From Tubulanus polymorphus (lineage: Eukaryota > Animalia > Nemertea): DNA of 64,000 nt. How positions within the stretch are numbered: position 1 is the stretch's first letter; each line of letters opens with the position of its first letter. The stretch lies in contig NC_134033.1 of the NCBI RefSeq assembly GCF_964204645.1, forward strand, positions 7,200,655 through 7,264,654, written 5' to 3'. This document shows, piece after piece, positions 11,657 through 27,652 of this stretch. The translations under genes and the position numbers were made by a program. The notes under the pieces are model-generated. The model worked only from the letters and a program-made list of their open reading frames with translations. It searched no databases and had not been told where the DNA came from.

Positions 11657-14040
11657 CAAACAAGAGGACCATAAGGACCATATGGTCAATGACAGTGTTT
11701 CAAATTGACTCGGGTGAGTGGATGAATGAGATGACAGTTGTATCAGTGAAAACAGATGTAAATTTCTCGTTATATCTTTTTAATACTACGCGGCAAACAG
11801 GGTATTTTTCAACTGTCATTTTGAGTCAGTCCATATTTACTAGAGGCAGGATGCCATCGCTTATCTCACCGTGTGTACACAGGACTACTGTATCTAGCAT
11901 GTACTAACTAACTAAGAGAGTACAGCGTCTTCGAATGGCCCAGTTTGCGTAATGTGATGCAGGCATTACTGGTTATTTTCATGAAGAAAATCCATCACTC
12001 GCAATGTGCAACTCGCAAAGGCATCTGGGGGCACTCCCCCGGAAAAATTTTATATTCATAGGTGCTAAGATACGTTTTCCAAGCAATTGGGGGCCATAAT
12101 GAACTAGTTTAAATTCGGTAATTTTCATCTAGCAGAGATCGTCGATAGTTTGTTCGAGGCACTTTTCTGTTGTATATTGGTAGGCTTATGTGCATAATAT
12201 AGTTCCATGTTCTCAAATCTGTTAATATAATTCAATTTTATCATCAACAGCTTAGAGGAAGCGTTTAATAATTTCGATTTGCAAAATATTTTGGTGACTT
12301 TGATGGAGGCGCTTTACTAAAAAACTATGAGAATGTGTTTATACAATTATTGATGCATCAGTAATAAAATTGAGCGTGTGACCAGACCGTCTTAGAAAGC
12401 CAGATAAGTAAATAAACTCCTGATCATTTTCTTAAGCATGACAGAATTTCTTTAAGCATGGTGTATCTATTATTTGCATGGCGGTAAAGTGCCGTAGCAT
12501 GGCGGGCCGCCATGCTAAAACCCCTCAGCAAGAACACAGTAAATCTTAGCGTCAAGAATTAGTGCAAACAAGACGCCGAGGTCCGCATAAGCAGGATCGT
12601 AGCAAGTTAGCTGCAGTTAAACCGCACGTTAAAATTCAACTATATACTACACAATATTGATCGACATGTATGGTGTTTTTAATACGAATTAAATTAGAAT
12701 TGCTTAAAATTAATCTGCATACTGATACCTACGTTTTTTTCGTCAAGATAATCCCAAGGGTATGCATAATTAATTTTTATTCATGTATTTCTAACAAATC
12801 TTTTTTATTAACAGCATAACCTTGATCTAAAGATTAACGGCTTCGTTGAATTTAGTGAGCTTCACACTAAAACGAGGGCGCTATCATCACAGCTCTGCAG
12901 TAAATACCGCAAACGACGCCGCACATCGACATGCAATTTTCAGCAGAGCAAATGAAAAATCATCGTCAATCTTATTTCTTCTTTTGTAGATTTCTCATTG
13001 GAGAATTTTATATGTTGTATCAGTAATATATAATAAATTGCCCATGGGCAAAGTGTGGTTTACCTTGAAGTTATATACCTGAAGCTGGAGGTTGTTTGGA
13101 GTAAGGGCATTCATTGCTTGAAAAATCTTCGTGAAAATTCGTGACTTCAAAGTTCTAGAAGTTTATATTGTTTTTTTTCATTCTTTAAGAATTATTTTGT
13201 AGTCAAATGAGACCAAAGATAAACATTTGTTTATGGTCTACGTCCAAGGAAACTAATTCATATTTTCATTAAAATATCTTTCACAATATGAAAAAATATT
13301 CAAATAGCGGAAGCTAAAACACCGGAGCATAGTATTAGATCGTTTTAAATCCTGGAATTTACCACTACAATATTCAGACCTCGACCTATACCTATGGTTT
13401 GCCTGCTTAGTATTTTCAAGTCAAAAGAAATTACAATTTATCACGAATTCTATCAAACAGAAAACACAGCGCTCATCTTCTGCTACCACGATTATTCAGC
13501 CTGTTATCATATCAAACATGCACGCGCCAAGCAGCGTTACAACACCACCATATAGCAGTCTGTATGAGCGTGTGTTTGTGTGTGCAACAGTCTAAATGTT
13601 TAACAATCCCGCGCACGTGGAGGCCTTGTGTAGTGAACGTCCGCTTCACTTCAATCTCAATCAACACAATCACCGGGTATTAAAATGAAACAATACCTAT
13701 GGCAATATGTGAAATAATTATATTCTCACCAGCAATGAGCATTTAAAATTCGCACATATACGACACCTAGTCCAATGAAACGTTCGCCATTAATGGCTTT
13801 CCCATTATTATTTTAGTAGCGCCGGAATTCCCCATATATCCCAAAAACAACCAATCACATTTGCTCGTAGAGACGACGCCCCCAATCAAGGTCATTGCAA
13901 TTTTATAAGCAAGAGCTAAAAATTTTCCCGCCAAAAACAGTTTTTTGTCGAAATTAAACAAATTTGACCATGTCATCGACGGAGGTTCGTCATGTCTTCA
14001 ATTGCATCGATTATACGTCGTTTAACCCGAGAACCAATGA

Positions 14041-15750
14041 AACTAGAAAGAAACTTTTTAATAGGTCGACGACAGAGAATAGAAATTAAAAGTGGAACTC
14101 AGGATGAATAGACTGGTTGCTAAGGCTTACACACTGTAGTGCTTTTCGCAAGTAAGGTCCAAACGAAGTTCCACTGTTAGACAAAGAGTTGAACATTTAA
14201 TGCAAGTTTAAGGTATTACAGAGATTAAAGGCAAAACGGAGCAGTTAGCATCCCTGTAAGTTTGAAAACCAGAGGGAAAAAGGTCCCGAGGCTCGAAATA
14301 TTGTAAGCTCGATCAATAAAATTGTTGTCGGTATGGATTGATATTGCCTTACATACAATTAGAGGGGTTGAGAAACGAAGGTATCATTTTAGCCATCGGT
14401 GCATGTTTAATCAAAGTTATACTTACCATGACCACAGGATACAGTCTGCTCTTGGCACAATCGCCAAGAACCCATGACATAGGCCAATGACCATGCAGTC
14501 CATGGGGTACAAGCTTCACATCCATCTGTTAACACAGTTATTTGAAGCTGTTCACAGACTGAACCAAAGGCAACTGCTAACTGAACCCTTACGCCCTGGA
14601 GCTAATCAAACGATCTACCAAGTGGAACAGAATGAATATCTACCAGCGGTCTCATTAGAATTCTAACAAGATATCTTAAAGATTGATTATGGGAATCTTT
14701 GACCTGAAAAATGTTTGATAGATCAAGGAGAATGATACAAAACTACAATGAGGGTGTAGGCCGGTTACTGACGAGAAGTTACCTAATCGTTGGTGGTTAA
14801 AGCTTTTAAAATCAGATGGGATATTTGTGAAAATATCCGAACGTGAAACTAATGTGAAACTAATATGGCTACAGTCAAAATTAAAAAAGTTACTGACGAA
14901 ATTAAGATACTGACTTAAAGGTTTTAATGGTTTCACAAAAGGAATTTTTTCTAGTAAAAGTTATCGTGAATAATATTTCTTCTGCTAATTCAAAACCTTT
15001 TTGATATAACGAGCGTGTGGATTGTAGCCTACGCGCTCCGTAACGCGCATTATCTATTACTGATACATACCACGTATATAAGGCGATATTGCCTACGGGA
15101 CTGTAACTAATGATATCGACGCGCGATCTCATCACTGTGCCGCAAACTAGATACACATAATCGGGCTCTAAAAACGGATCGCTGACGCGAAATTCCAAAA
15201 GAATGAATGACGATAAATCATTTTACTAGTAATAGTAAGATAGTTTTCAGCGTTGCTCGACGTACGAGTATCGATTCAACAGCAGCTAATGTTGAATCGA
15301 TGTAGCACGTGTACTCGCCGAGTCCATATCAACAATGCGTAAACATTCAATTAATCCGCTGACACACACCAAGAAAATACGGAAATTTCAGGCAATAAAC
15401 GACAAAATAAATCTCCCGATATCTATACACGGAAATAAAGAACTAAATCATGAAATAGGCCTATGTAAAGTGCTTATTCAAAAATGTATGCGTGGCACCA
15501 TTTTAAGCGCGGACTAATACAGTTTTACTTCTAGACAGGGTTCAGAATTTCAATTTTTTCATTTCGGCAATATTTAATTAACCAAGCAACAAAAATTCAC
15601 CATATACGCCCTCAACCTTCCTTTTTTCATATTTAAGCTACTGTGAAAGTTTCAGACGCGTACGTGGCGTTAAACAGACGTAATCGTTTGACGTGACGGA
15701 TTTCACGATAACAATAGGACGACGTGTACTACGTACCGTCGTCCTAAAAA
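14041..15750 (-). mobile_element. HINE-like insertion splitting an older repeat
   Basis: Starts AACTAG, ends in hairpin TAGGACGACG...CGTCGTCCTA plus an A-run. The flanks rejoin to match the uninterrupted copy near 4325-4350. No TSD. Confidence 0.65.
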
Positions 15751-18700
15751 TTGCTCACTTAAAAAAACGTACCCCGATTTTACATGAATTGGTTCAATGC
15801 CAACCTCATACTGCTGACAACAGGTAAACCAAAAAGCCTACTTCGACAGCAAATGTTGCACAATTCTGCTCTTGTTGTTTACGTTAGTAGATCAAGACGA
15901 CGTCACACTACATCGCTAAAATCCCCAAAAACGACATAAAATTGCAAATTTACCCAATTTAGGTTTCATCAATAGCCTTCAAAAGCAGTTGCCATTTAGC
16001 TGCCGTTATAACAGCCAACTAAATGCAGACCTTAGCCCGTGAATCATTTCACACTCGGAGGAGATAGCAGTCAACACGAATTCAGCACTCCGTTTTATAA
16101 TAATAGATTCAGCTGCGCTGAATCCAATAAAATCCGGGCTATAGTGTAGAACCCTGCAGAGACAATAATCTACCGATCCTCTCCCAGTCAGTCTAAACCA
16201 CTAACTGCGTAGCTTCATTGCCAGGTAAAACCGATATAGACAATTCACTGACAGGTAAGCCCTTCATGCGCCTAAAAACTATCCACATAGTTCATTGAAT
16301 ATAATTTTCTGGCAACTACAGCTTAGCGCTTTGCAAAAAAGTTTAGGGTAGAACAAAGTACAGGCCGCCCTGGCAAGCACGGTTTCTTGAATCTGAAGCC
16401 AAAGATCTTTTCATGTGTTTTTATCTCATACTGTCTTGCATATTTTCTACCTATTCGAAAAAATTCTGAGCTGAAAAATGTTGCCCATTTCCTATTTAAA
16501 TGTATATCAAAATTTAGGAAGAATGCATCTAAGAGAACTCTATTTCCATAGAATTGTCCCCCAATAGGGTTTCAAAACTTCGATCCTCACTCTTCACATG
16601 TAAACAAATAGTTCAGGTGTTAGAGAAGATCAGCCAAAAAATAAGGTCTATCAGTCTTCTTGTTCAGTGCCTTATAATTTCTTTTTTCAAGTAAAGTAAA
16701 CTCATTTATTTTGATACCTCGTCAACACTACAGCTTTTCTCCACTGCATCTTTTCAGCATGTTTAGTTTAGGCCTACAACTCGCCAGTACTTAAATGGTA
16801 CTTAAATGATATATTCTACTAAATATCCGGTAAATTCTGTAAAGGAAAATAGACTATTGTTAAACAAACTGTTTGAACTGTCGGCCAAATCACTGGGAGT
16901 AATAAATTTATTTGTACTTGATTTGATTCTCATGGCGAGGAATACTTGCGGCGGATCCGCGGAACGACGATGTAAAGACACACGTTGGTTCATCGATCTT
17001 TACAGCTCAAAAGTGCTTATAATATTTAGAGCAGTAAATATCCTGTGGATCGGTTGAGTGTACTGATGAAGAAAATGGGTAATTGTTAAAAACTGTTTGA
17101 AGACTGCAGCTGTATGTGAAGTCTTGAGGCAGATTTATACTTGAATTGATAATCGAAGTGACCAGCAGCCTGTGGTGGATTTCAGGATGACGACTCAGAA
17201 AAACATGTCGCCTGATTGAATGGGGCTCAAATTTCGATGTTTACGGCCCCACAGAGTTTTTTTAACATTGATTAATCAAAATTCGCCAGGAGTATCTGTA
17301 GATCGAGGTGAGCACAAAAATTAAACGGATTGTATCAGAAACAGCGATAAGGTAAAAAAGCCTATGTACTTTCGACGAAAATAGTGTAGAAAAGGGAATA
17401 AAAAATCACGTGAATATCAATAGGGTTTTTTGCTGTGGAGAAACAGAAAACCCTAATGAATCTATCATTGCAATTGATTGAAGGATCAAAATTAGATTCA
17501 ACAAGTAATGGATCCTGATTATCTTTTGACTATAAAAACTAATATTTCTAATGTTGTCTATAACAGCCAAAAGTTGTTCACAGGGGACAAAAACCTGCCA
17601 CATGATATCAGTAATATCCAGCTTTCAAATACCTGTACATGTAATACAATTTTACCCACTTATCATATTAGCTCTGGCATCACCATCACTGTGTGAGACT
17701 GCCTCCAGGGGCGCTATTTATGGAAACTCATTACACTGATAGCGGTGACTTAAAAGTGAGCAACACACTGAATAATATCTGAATTCCTCTTTCCCGTTCT
17801 TCCTTTCCTCGAGCTCTTTAAAAAGGCCTTGCCTATTCTGTCTTCTGTCCAGGATTAGGCTTTCCACAATTTTATCAGTAAGGGCATCAAATGCTTACTG
17901 TGGGAATCCAAGAATCATACACCCTCATCTTTATATTACAGATTTTTTGCACAGTAATGCTTCAAAGTGAACTACGTATAGTTTTAGCAACAACTTCAAC
18001 GACGCTGTACAGAAAAGTCATGGCAAATAGAAAAGATATGGCAAATAGAAGCAGATTTGAACATCAAACAGGGAACATGAAGTATCATCCAAAAAGGCGA
18101 AATCCGATGGAAATATCAAACAAGAAACAAGATTCTTAATTTGACTTTCTTGAACTTACATGATGGTGCAAGTTTAATCCCTAAACTTCGGAGATTCAGA
18201 ATTTACCCACTTGCCTTCAGTGTTTACTTCAGCGGCATGCAGTTGCTAAAATCATTTGCAGTGTCTTGGAAAACTTTAACTAGGCCACACGCGAAGTGCT
18301 CGTTTCCTATACATGCACTTAGCAAACAAATGTGAAAAGATCAATACAAAAGCAGGTAGTCTGTGTGACGCAATGATTATAGTTCACTAATAGCGATTAT
18401 CTAGGCCCATTCATACCTAAGCACTGTTTTTCTGCAGTACTGCTTGGAATAACATAACATCCTTAACTTTTTTCCATCTCATTTATGTTTTTAACGGATA
18501 TTAATTGGCGTTTTGGAAAGAAATGAAATATGATTAAAACTTGAACCGTACATCATTCCATCGGCATCCAAACGTATTCCTAACACGTGTACGCTACCTT
18601 TCAATTGGTGCCACACATTTAACGTGCAAACGAAGCGCTATTTACCAAGGTAAATTCTAAGCTGCACTGTACCACACAATATTTGACAGATGCCATAGTT

Positions 18701-18987
18701 CAGTGCCTCATTGTTCTGCAATGTAATATACATGTGCCTATAACGAAGAATAGCAGGTAAATTCATTTGAATGCAATTTGAAACAAAACATTCATACAAG
18801 TGCTAGAGCGAACCTAAGGCGTGTACTACATTTCGTATCAAAAATTAAAAGCCTCCACTGACCTTTTCTCATAATCGTGCAAATAAAATTGTTGATTATA
18901 CATGTGTAGCTGCAAAGCAATGATTATGTATTTTCTGCTTAGCAGCATCATTAATACGCAACCTTACGAAATCATAAATAGAAATGG

Positions 18988-20010
18988 AACTAGGGGTCCA
19001 GGGACACCATGCCCACTTGGAGAGTGGTTTCAAATGCTCAACAATCTAACAATTTCAATATTCAAAGCCCCCTGGCGACCATATACAAAACCAATGAACT
19101 TGAAACTCACCATGATCATAGAACATGTCAACGGCTATTATTTTGTAATTGATTGTGATAAGAAAATATGCTTCGTTACCAATTGAATATGGAAATACTA
19201 ACTTATTCTATTATTCAATGCCCCCTGCTGACCATATGCAAAACCTAATGACCTTGAAGCTCACTACAATCATAGAACATGTCATGAGCTACAACTTCGC
19301 AATTGATCATGGTAACAAAATATGCCTAGTTACTAATACAATAAGGAAATACTAAGTTATTCTTCTATTATGATATAGAAATACTAAGTTTGTGTATTAT
19401 TCAACGCCTTCTAGTGGCCATATACAAAAAGGAGTGACCTTGAAACTCAACAAAATCATAGAACACGCAATGAGCTACCGCTCTCCATTTGATAGTGGTA
19501 ACAGAATATGCTTAGGTATCAATATAATGTGGAAAAACACAAATGTGTCAATCCCACCTATGAATGAGTACAGATGACACCAAGCTAGCCGCCAATTGCA
19601 TCATTATTGGCTGATCAAAAATACCTGTGTCAGGTATAAAAGATCCCTTTCCGAAGAGTGACCATCACAAATTGCAATGAGAAATGGTAAACCAGTAGGA
19701 AGTTACAGACTCAGAATTCGGGCCAAAATTGACATTTTTTGGGCACCAAAAAGTACATGGGACAGCCATCTTGAGTCCTATCAACCAAACTTTTTTTACG
19801 CTGATGGGCCTTTAGGGGTAAACAATGGATGCCAGTCGGCCATCTTGATTCTGATATGGCCAGTTTTTGGGCTGAAGTTGTGTCTAGGGTAGATACATGT
19901 GTACAAATATTATGACTTCCAAAAATAAAGGGATTCCGTCTACGAACGGACAACTGACGAAAAGTGAATGCAATAGCCCGCAGGGACTAAAGTCCCAAGT
20001 GGGTTAAAAA
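18988..20010 (-). mobile_element. HINE family 1, copy 1
   Basis: AACTAGGGGTCCAGGGACACC end, internal tandem units of about 150-155 bp, GGAC-like microsatellite, terminal hairpin GCCC..GGGACTAAAGTCCC..GGG. Confidence 0.8.
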
Positions 20011-20467
20011 TTGTTTATTGTCGGGGATTCAAACCTGATATGACAGTAACAATTACGTCAATGTATTATACATGTATCAGTGTAAGACCCTACAAATTAC
20101 TTTTGATATGACGAGAGTTCAAACAAGCACAAGATACTATTCAATAAAAGTTCACTTAAATTGATGGGAATTGGATTTATCCCAAAACTGCTGGTTCGAG
20201 TTAAAACCAAGTCGACTTTTAATGGAATTCAAACCTAACAAACTGTCGCACTTAAAAATTTGAAATTGGATGAATTTCGGGGGGGGGGCAAAAGGACACA
20301 ATTTTGGTGGCCCACCTTATCAAATCTTACATCATATGAACCTTGACTATTTACTAGAAAATAACCAAAACTTGTAATGCATGGAAATAAACAGCAAATG
20401 AGCTATTCGGTATCGTGATAAACTTGGATTTTACCTTGCATTTTCTATCAGTGTAGGATAATATAAA

Positions 20468-21200
20468 AACAAGAGATCCAAGGATCTTAATATCTCGGGT
20501 GCAGAATGTTATCTTTGTAATGTATAGGCGCCATCTGATTGATGCATCTTAATGGTTTTCCTTGAACACTTCATGGATGTGTAAAATCAGCTGATTTCAG
20601 TGAACAACATCATCGAAATCCAATCAGCAATCATCGCGGCAATACACGAGGTTTCGGCCTATTCGATTGTGCGCGCATAATCTTCCGTGAAGTAGCGTAT
20701 CGATTGAATCTTCGGTAATTTGCATAATGAAATAGATATGGGGAGACGGATTCGATACTACGGCTATCAAATTAAAAATAAACATATAAGACTCTCCCAT
20801 GACTGGGAAATGAGAAACTAGAACCGAGCAGATTAATAGATGAGAAGATTAAAAGACCGGTTTGTCTGCGTCAATCGAATATGCCCTTACATTGATTGAC
20901 AGCGGGAGCAGTTATTTTACTTCAATGTAATGTTGTACATCGGTCTTCTAGCCGTTTTATGAAACAAAATGCTCCTTGAAATTTCTAAAATAAAAAATCG
21001 CCACAATTTCGTCGATTTCTCTTAAATGAACGCGATATTTAAAATTCCATTTCCAACAGATTTTAGCCGCATGATGAAGCTACATTTTGCACATAAACAT
21101 AGTAGATTGCATGACTTCGTGTCAAAGTTATAACCTCATTTGTTAAAAAAAATCGATTTTTGGACCCATTACAACATCTCGGGCTTCGCCCGAGATAAAA
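20468..21200 (-). mobile_element. HINE family 4
   Basis: AACAAGAGATCC-AA-GGATCT palindrome plus subterminal ATCTCGGG at one end. ATCTCGGGC-TTC-GCCCGAGAT hairpin plus A-run at the other. Confidence 0.7.
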
Positions 21201-22801
21201 AATAGTATTTAAGAGTTTTCACCAGTCATGGCAAATACAAACTTCTCCCTTGACCTGACAAATGAGCCAGAGAAGGATTAATCAATTTCAAATAGACTGA
21301 ATACAATTCGCGCAAATATCGGCTTTAAACGGCACAAGAACTACGGAAATACACCCAGCGAGGATTCGAATGCGACAAAAAGATCTTATTGACACCACAT
21401 AGTGAAATTCCTGAGTGCTAATGACAGCTACCAAAATTTCATACTTCAGAATTTTCATTAGTCAAAATCACTGTGATTTCCAAATGCAATTGAATACTTG
21501 TCCTGGTACACCACTGAATAAGATTGACTTGAGTCGGTGTCCTGTTTCCCCACTGAATAGCCATTATCTTTTATCAAATTGAATTAAATTAGTGTAAAGC
21601 TCCAATAGATTTGATTGAATTGCAGATAATTTTGTGAAATTGTGAACAATCCTAAGTTCATCATTGATGCCAGGTGGCTATGATTATGATATATTCAATG
21701 ATAACTTTTCGTTTATGTGACATAAGTGTTCAGATTATAGGGAATTCATCATCAAAAGCCAATGAGAACAATGTTCTTTTCCAGATGAAACAATATTCGC
21801 GGAAAAAAAAAACTAAACTTTAAATGTTCATTACTTTGTAACAGAAATGGTATTTGTAGGCATTACCTTAGCATCAATGCCATTGTCTGATCAAGACAAA
21901 ATTCCAAAATAAACTGTTATTAGCATTTCAAGCACGTACGTAATGATTTTTCCAACTCAACAGAATTCGAAAATATTGATTTCCACGTATCAATTGGGTG
22001 AAACAACCCAGAAAAACTAATAGAAAGAAAACAATTCACCTACATTAGCTACTGAATTATTCAAATCCCAATTCGATAATTTCTAACTGTCTCCAACAGC
22101 AGAGTACACAACGCAGCTTGTTTCAGAATAACAAAATGGCCATGTACCATTTCAAAATTCAACCCAGGACCCCAATATAAAGACCAGTGCTAACCCCAGT
22201 AACTGACTGTTACTATCTGTGATGGCTATGTGACAAACCTAAAAGAAATATCATAGAAAATGTCTTATTAATTAACATTGAAAAATCATTTCAATATCAT
22301 AAGTAATTTTACTTGTTTCTGAAAACATTTAAAAATGATGATATACAAAGATGGGAAATCAATCCTGAGCCATTTTGAAATTGTCAACACACTCCTAGAA
22401 AGAAAATGTCACCACACAAAAACAGAGTATACGACCCGGTGAAAAAATTATCATCGCAATTAGAAATGATCAAAATTATATTTCATTAGCATATTTTCAG
22501 AGTGATCGTCCCGCCCTTCACATAATGAATGGCAAATAATATGCTGAGAGGCTATACAGTTGTTAAGATAAGGTAATAAAAATCAAATAATCCTGAAGTC
22601 ATATTGAACTCTGTGAGACTGAGTCCTGGTAAACGAATGTAGGTAAAAATCCCCTGGTAAATTTCCTCCCGGTAAATATCCAAACTATTTAAGTTTTTCA
22701 AGATAAGAATATTCAAGTACTTTATCATAGTTTGCTGAGAAATCAAATTTGGGGGATTTTTACCTGTTACCCTGGTAAACACATGTTGTTAGGAGACATA
22801 C

Positions 22802-22886
22802 CTGATATCTTGATCTTTTTGACACTTTTACTTGTGTTATTATCAACTAAAACGTTTACAGCAATTGATTCACCATGGTAATATTT
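22802..22886 (-). CDS. ARRB: beta-arrestin exon 9-equivalent, [28 protein letters not shown](V)
   Basis: TTTTTCAG acceptor, GTATGT donor, 85 nt, YYHGE and VKKIKIS motifs, ends in phase 1. Confidence 0.96.
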
Positions 22887-25800
22887 CTGAAAAATGCATT
22901 AAATATCAAAACATTAATGAAAATAAAGGACCAACGGTCCTGTGGCCAATGTCTTAAGTTCAATTTATTCATATCATTAACATATATCCAATCTTTTCAT
23001 ATGACCATAAGAAACACCATAAGGATATCATGAGCATACAAACTATAGTATATACTATTCTAATTAAAACATACTACAAATTAATAGTTCATTAATAATA
23101 GAGTTTTATTAAAGTGATCAATCACACATCTCAATGAAAGGGTTCATCGCACATTTCAAATATACTGCACTAGCTTGAATCTAAAATATTTCAAATTAAA
23201 TGTTCATTATTTCCAATAAATTATGGCATGCACAGCTCAAAATCTACCACAAGTTAACAAGAGTTCACAGTTCAAAAATATTTCAGTTCGAATTTTAAGA
23301 TATTACGAATAAAAAGTTCATTTTTCTTATTAATTCTAACAATTTATTTTATTCAAAGCGTTAATTTAGGAATTTATCACTACGAAAGATTTCATTTCAC
23401 AGATCAAACATATTTCAGTCTCATTGCAAATGAATAAGATTGTAGAAACATCTTGCTTTGAAATGTTCTTGGAAATCACCAAGTGGGGATTTTTACCTAC
23501 TTTGGATATTTGGGGATTTTTACCCAGGGGAGTTTTACCTACAACCATTAAGGTACGGGATACGCCCATAATACCTCCGCCCAAAATAGTAAATATAAGT
23601 ACAAGCTAGGGTACAACATACAACATAAAATCAGCCACAAACTATTTTTAAGATTTTAAAGTGGGGAAACTTAGGGGTACTGAAAAACAGCCAAATACAA
23701 TAGTTAGTTGGAAATAATCAATAGAAAACAGATCACTGATGAAATGATTGATAATTAATGCAGTCAACCAAAATCTCGGTATGTAAACAGTGTTTTCATT
23801 AATCATTTTAGCCGTCATGTCATTTAGTAAAACAGCAGGGTCTCGAACAACTTTGACTGAAGGCCAAAAACAGGGTTCGTAGTTATAATGCTATAGGAAA
23901 AATATAAGCACTTAAACGCACTTTTTTCTAACCTAAGTAAATCAGCCTAGAAAAGTGAATTTCACTGCCATTGAATGCCTATCTTATGTAAATTTCACTG
24001 CCAACTGCAGCAACTGTTTAAGAAATTTGCAATTTTTCGAGCCAGTGACCAAATGCCTATCCTAAGGCCCTTTATCAAATTGGTTGGAGTAGGCCTACTA
24101 ATTTTAACAGCATAAATGAAAGGTTGAAGGGGAAAATAAAATTTACAATCTATGAAATATATTAATTTTCAAGATCACGGATCTATCAAAATGGAAGGGA
24201 TCATAGCTTCCTTCTTTGAGTATTTTCCATGTAAAATCTTGGAAGGACTGCAGAAAAATAAAGAATGAAAACTGGATTTGATTGGATTCCAAAGATGAGA
24301 AATCTTACTTCCTTCAAGACGGAAATGTCAGGAAAAAGTTTGTTTTAAAGTAATATACAATAAATTCAAAGGGGATCTGTGCTCCACTTTATTAAAAAAG
24401 CCTATCATGTGTCCCCTTGAGCCAAGAAATTTGTATGAAAATCCGTCAATGGACATGATCTCCGTAAAATCTTACACAACTGTATGATGATTAATCATGG
24501 ATATTTGTGGTAGTGGGTTTCCCCAATGACTCAAAATAGACACCTTCCGTACAACATTGAAAAGAAATCAATACAATTTATATATCTTGCACCAAACATC
24601 GTCACACTGTTGCCAAGATTTCCATTATTACAAAAATAATCATTATTCTATAGATTTGCAACATTTTTTAAATTGGAGGCCCCTAAATCGATTTTGAAGA
24701 CCCTTGCTGAATTCAAGGCCTTGAATTTCCCCTTTGATAATTCAATGATTGTAAGGCCCGCTACGAACGGAATCCTGTAGCAACAGCCAACATGCGTGGC
24801 ACTTCTAGCTTCGCTGACAGCTGATTGGAACATTGCCAATTTCTTGGAAAACTTTAACTGTTCTCATAGCTAGCAATAGTGAGTAGAGTCAAACCAATCG
24901 GCAGTAGTCGAGTGATGCGTGTGTGAAGCATATATTCACAAATACTTCTGACCAGAAAATACACAGTCGTGCTGATAGCCGCCGGGAACAATGTCGGGTT
25001 GAAAAAATCAGCCGGGTCTAAAAGGACTGACAGACGGGTCCGGGACCCGACACCTGGCTATCTATGAAAACACTGGTAAATAACTACTAATAATTATTTT
25101 ATCGTGGTTGCATTCATTCCTACTATACAAATGTGACATTTTTGCCGGTGGCATTTGTTCTCATGTTGCAAAATTTGGTGGCATTTTTTTTGGTGGCATT
25201 TCTTCTTTAGTCAAAATTTCACACTGACAATATCTAGGGTGAGATCAAAACGCTGTCTTTTAATCTATTTTTGATCAAATAAGATCATTGGTTTTTAATT
25301 CTATTATAATCTGTAAATAATGGGTTTCTATTATAAAGGTACAAACTTGCTGAGAGAGCCTGGTCTCATTGGAGCTTTTTTAATGATAACAAAACTCATT
25401 TCAATGATAAAACCTATCAGCACGGAAGTTCCACGTTCTTCAGATTTTAGGGCAGTGCCGGTTACTGATGGATTCAAGTTTATCGACTGACATGGTTTAC
25501 AATAGTTTCAAGATAGGATTGCTTTTAGTAGGCAGGCATGAAAAGGCTAAGCTTAAAACAATGTGACTCAAGCTTACACCTTCACTGAAAAGTCCTAGTT
25601 ACGCCAGACCTACACCAGGGCTCATGTTATCTACTGGATTACTGATACACTATGGAAACCACGGGTGATTTTTAAACGTAGAACTCCTGACTTATTAGTT
25701 CATTGCACGTGAAAAGGAGCATTTTTAAAGTGGCCTATTATGTGGTGTGATCACCAGTGCCTTAGAGACCATATGGGATCTCGGGACCGACATGACCTGT

Positions 25801-27652
25801 GCCCGAAATACTGGGGCCCTTAATCACTTACTCAAAATTTCTTCTCCCCATGGAGGCCCAAGGTAATAGAACTAAAGATAGAAACAAATATAGATCTTAG
25901 GTAGAGAGTCTAGATAATTGAAAATCCATAGAAGCAAAAACAGTACAAATCTCATTTCCTAATGAGAATCTCATTGCACGTGAAAACTGGAGATTTGAAC
26001 CCCCGGATGCAGCAGGTAACAGGTAAATAAAGGACCAATGGTCCAGTGGCTCACCAAACTGGTGAAGTAAAAAATCTGTCACGTAGGCTACCGGTATGCA
26101 AAAATTCATTTCATTGAAAATTAAAGAAGAAAAAAAAAAATATAAAAAAGGACTCAATTTTGGTCAGTGTGAACTTTTAATGATAACTGACTTTTAACAC
26201 AAATGAAATCTTCGAAAAATTGATTATGGGCCTTTTGTCTGAACAAATGTTCATAATTGTAATACGTCCCTTGAACGATGTAAAACAACTAAAACTATGA
26301 GTGACCCGATAAGATACGGTACAAACTTGGTGAGAGCCTGGGTTTCATCGGAGGTTTTTTCATTTTTATCATACGGACCAATCAGGACAGAAGCTCCCAA
26401 GTTCTTCAAATTTGAGGCCAGTCAGTGCCGGTTACTGACGAAACAAAGTTTATCGACTGACATGATTTTTAATAATTTCACGACATGATTGCTTTAAGTA
26501 GCTCACATCTTCACTCAGACAAATCGTTGTTACGCGCGACCTACACCATGGCGCGCGTACTCTATAACTGATACATACACGCAGTGAACACGAGAGTAAA
26601 AAGGCTATATTGCCCACACGACTGTACACGACTATTTTCAACGCAAACGCTCCAATATCTCGCAGTTAACAAACTTATACAAATAATCAGGCTCCAAAAT
26701 GGATTGCTAATGTGAACGTTAATAAAATGACTTCAATTAATAATGATACAAGTATTCCAGCCATGTAAATATCAGACTCATCACTAAAAATGCGATGACT
26801 ATCAGTAAATCAGCCGTGTTGCGAACACGGAAGTAAATTTCCGCATTTTGAAACCACATTTTCGTCAGATATCTTGATGCAACGTTACCTTATGCACGGG
26901 ATATCAAAACTAGATGAATCATTGGACACATCGCACACAATAAATCGTTATAACATATGCCTTGAATATCAGTATTCGCGCTAGAAATGGTGAATATCAA
27001 CCTATTCAATCGTGCAGCCATTTTGTTTGTGAAATAAAGCGCACCAGCTGATCCACCTCGTTCAATGTTATGACGTCATGATGGAAGTCAAAACCGGGTA
27101 AACACAAATTTTATAGAACCAAGATTTTGAGGGGTTGTGTCTTTGAAAGCTCATAATTACTGAACCAAGTGTCGGATCTTGGCAATATTAAGTTCTTCCG
27201 ACACAAATAGCATTCAATTTTCACATGTATTATCTTGGACAGTTAAAGATGCTGCATAAAAAAACATGCTCAAATAAATCAAATTTTTGAAACTTTTTGG
27301 TAAATTTCTCAAAAAATATAAAACCCACGGCTTTCAACTTTGCGCACCATAAAGAAAATTACAAATACAAAATATATTTTTGCTTAATCCGTTCAATTCA
27401 CCCATTAGTAATGAAATTACAGGCTATTGGAATAGCGTTTGAGTGTGCTAAAAATAGCTTCGAGCGTAGCGTATTAAGCATACAAATGATTATCGAATGA
27501 TATTATGAGTTTACACGCTTTATTGCAACAAGACATATATACATTGAAGCATAGAGGAAATTATGTCTGAAAATATTAATTTCTATTTCTGCACCTGCCT
27601 CGGAAAAAATTTTACGGTCCCCCGAGATCCGAGGTGAGCGAGTTCTACTGTA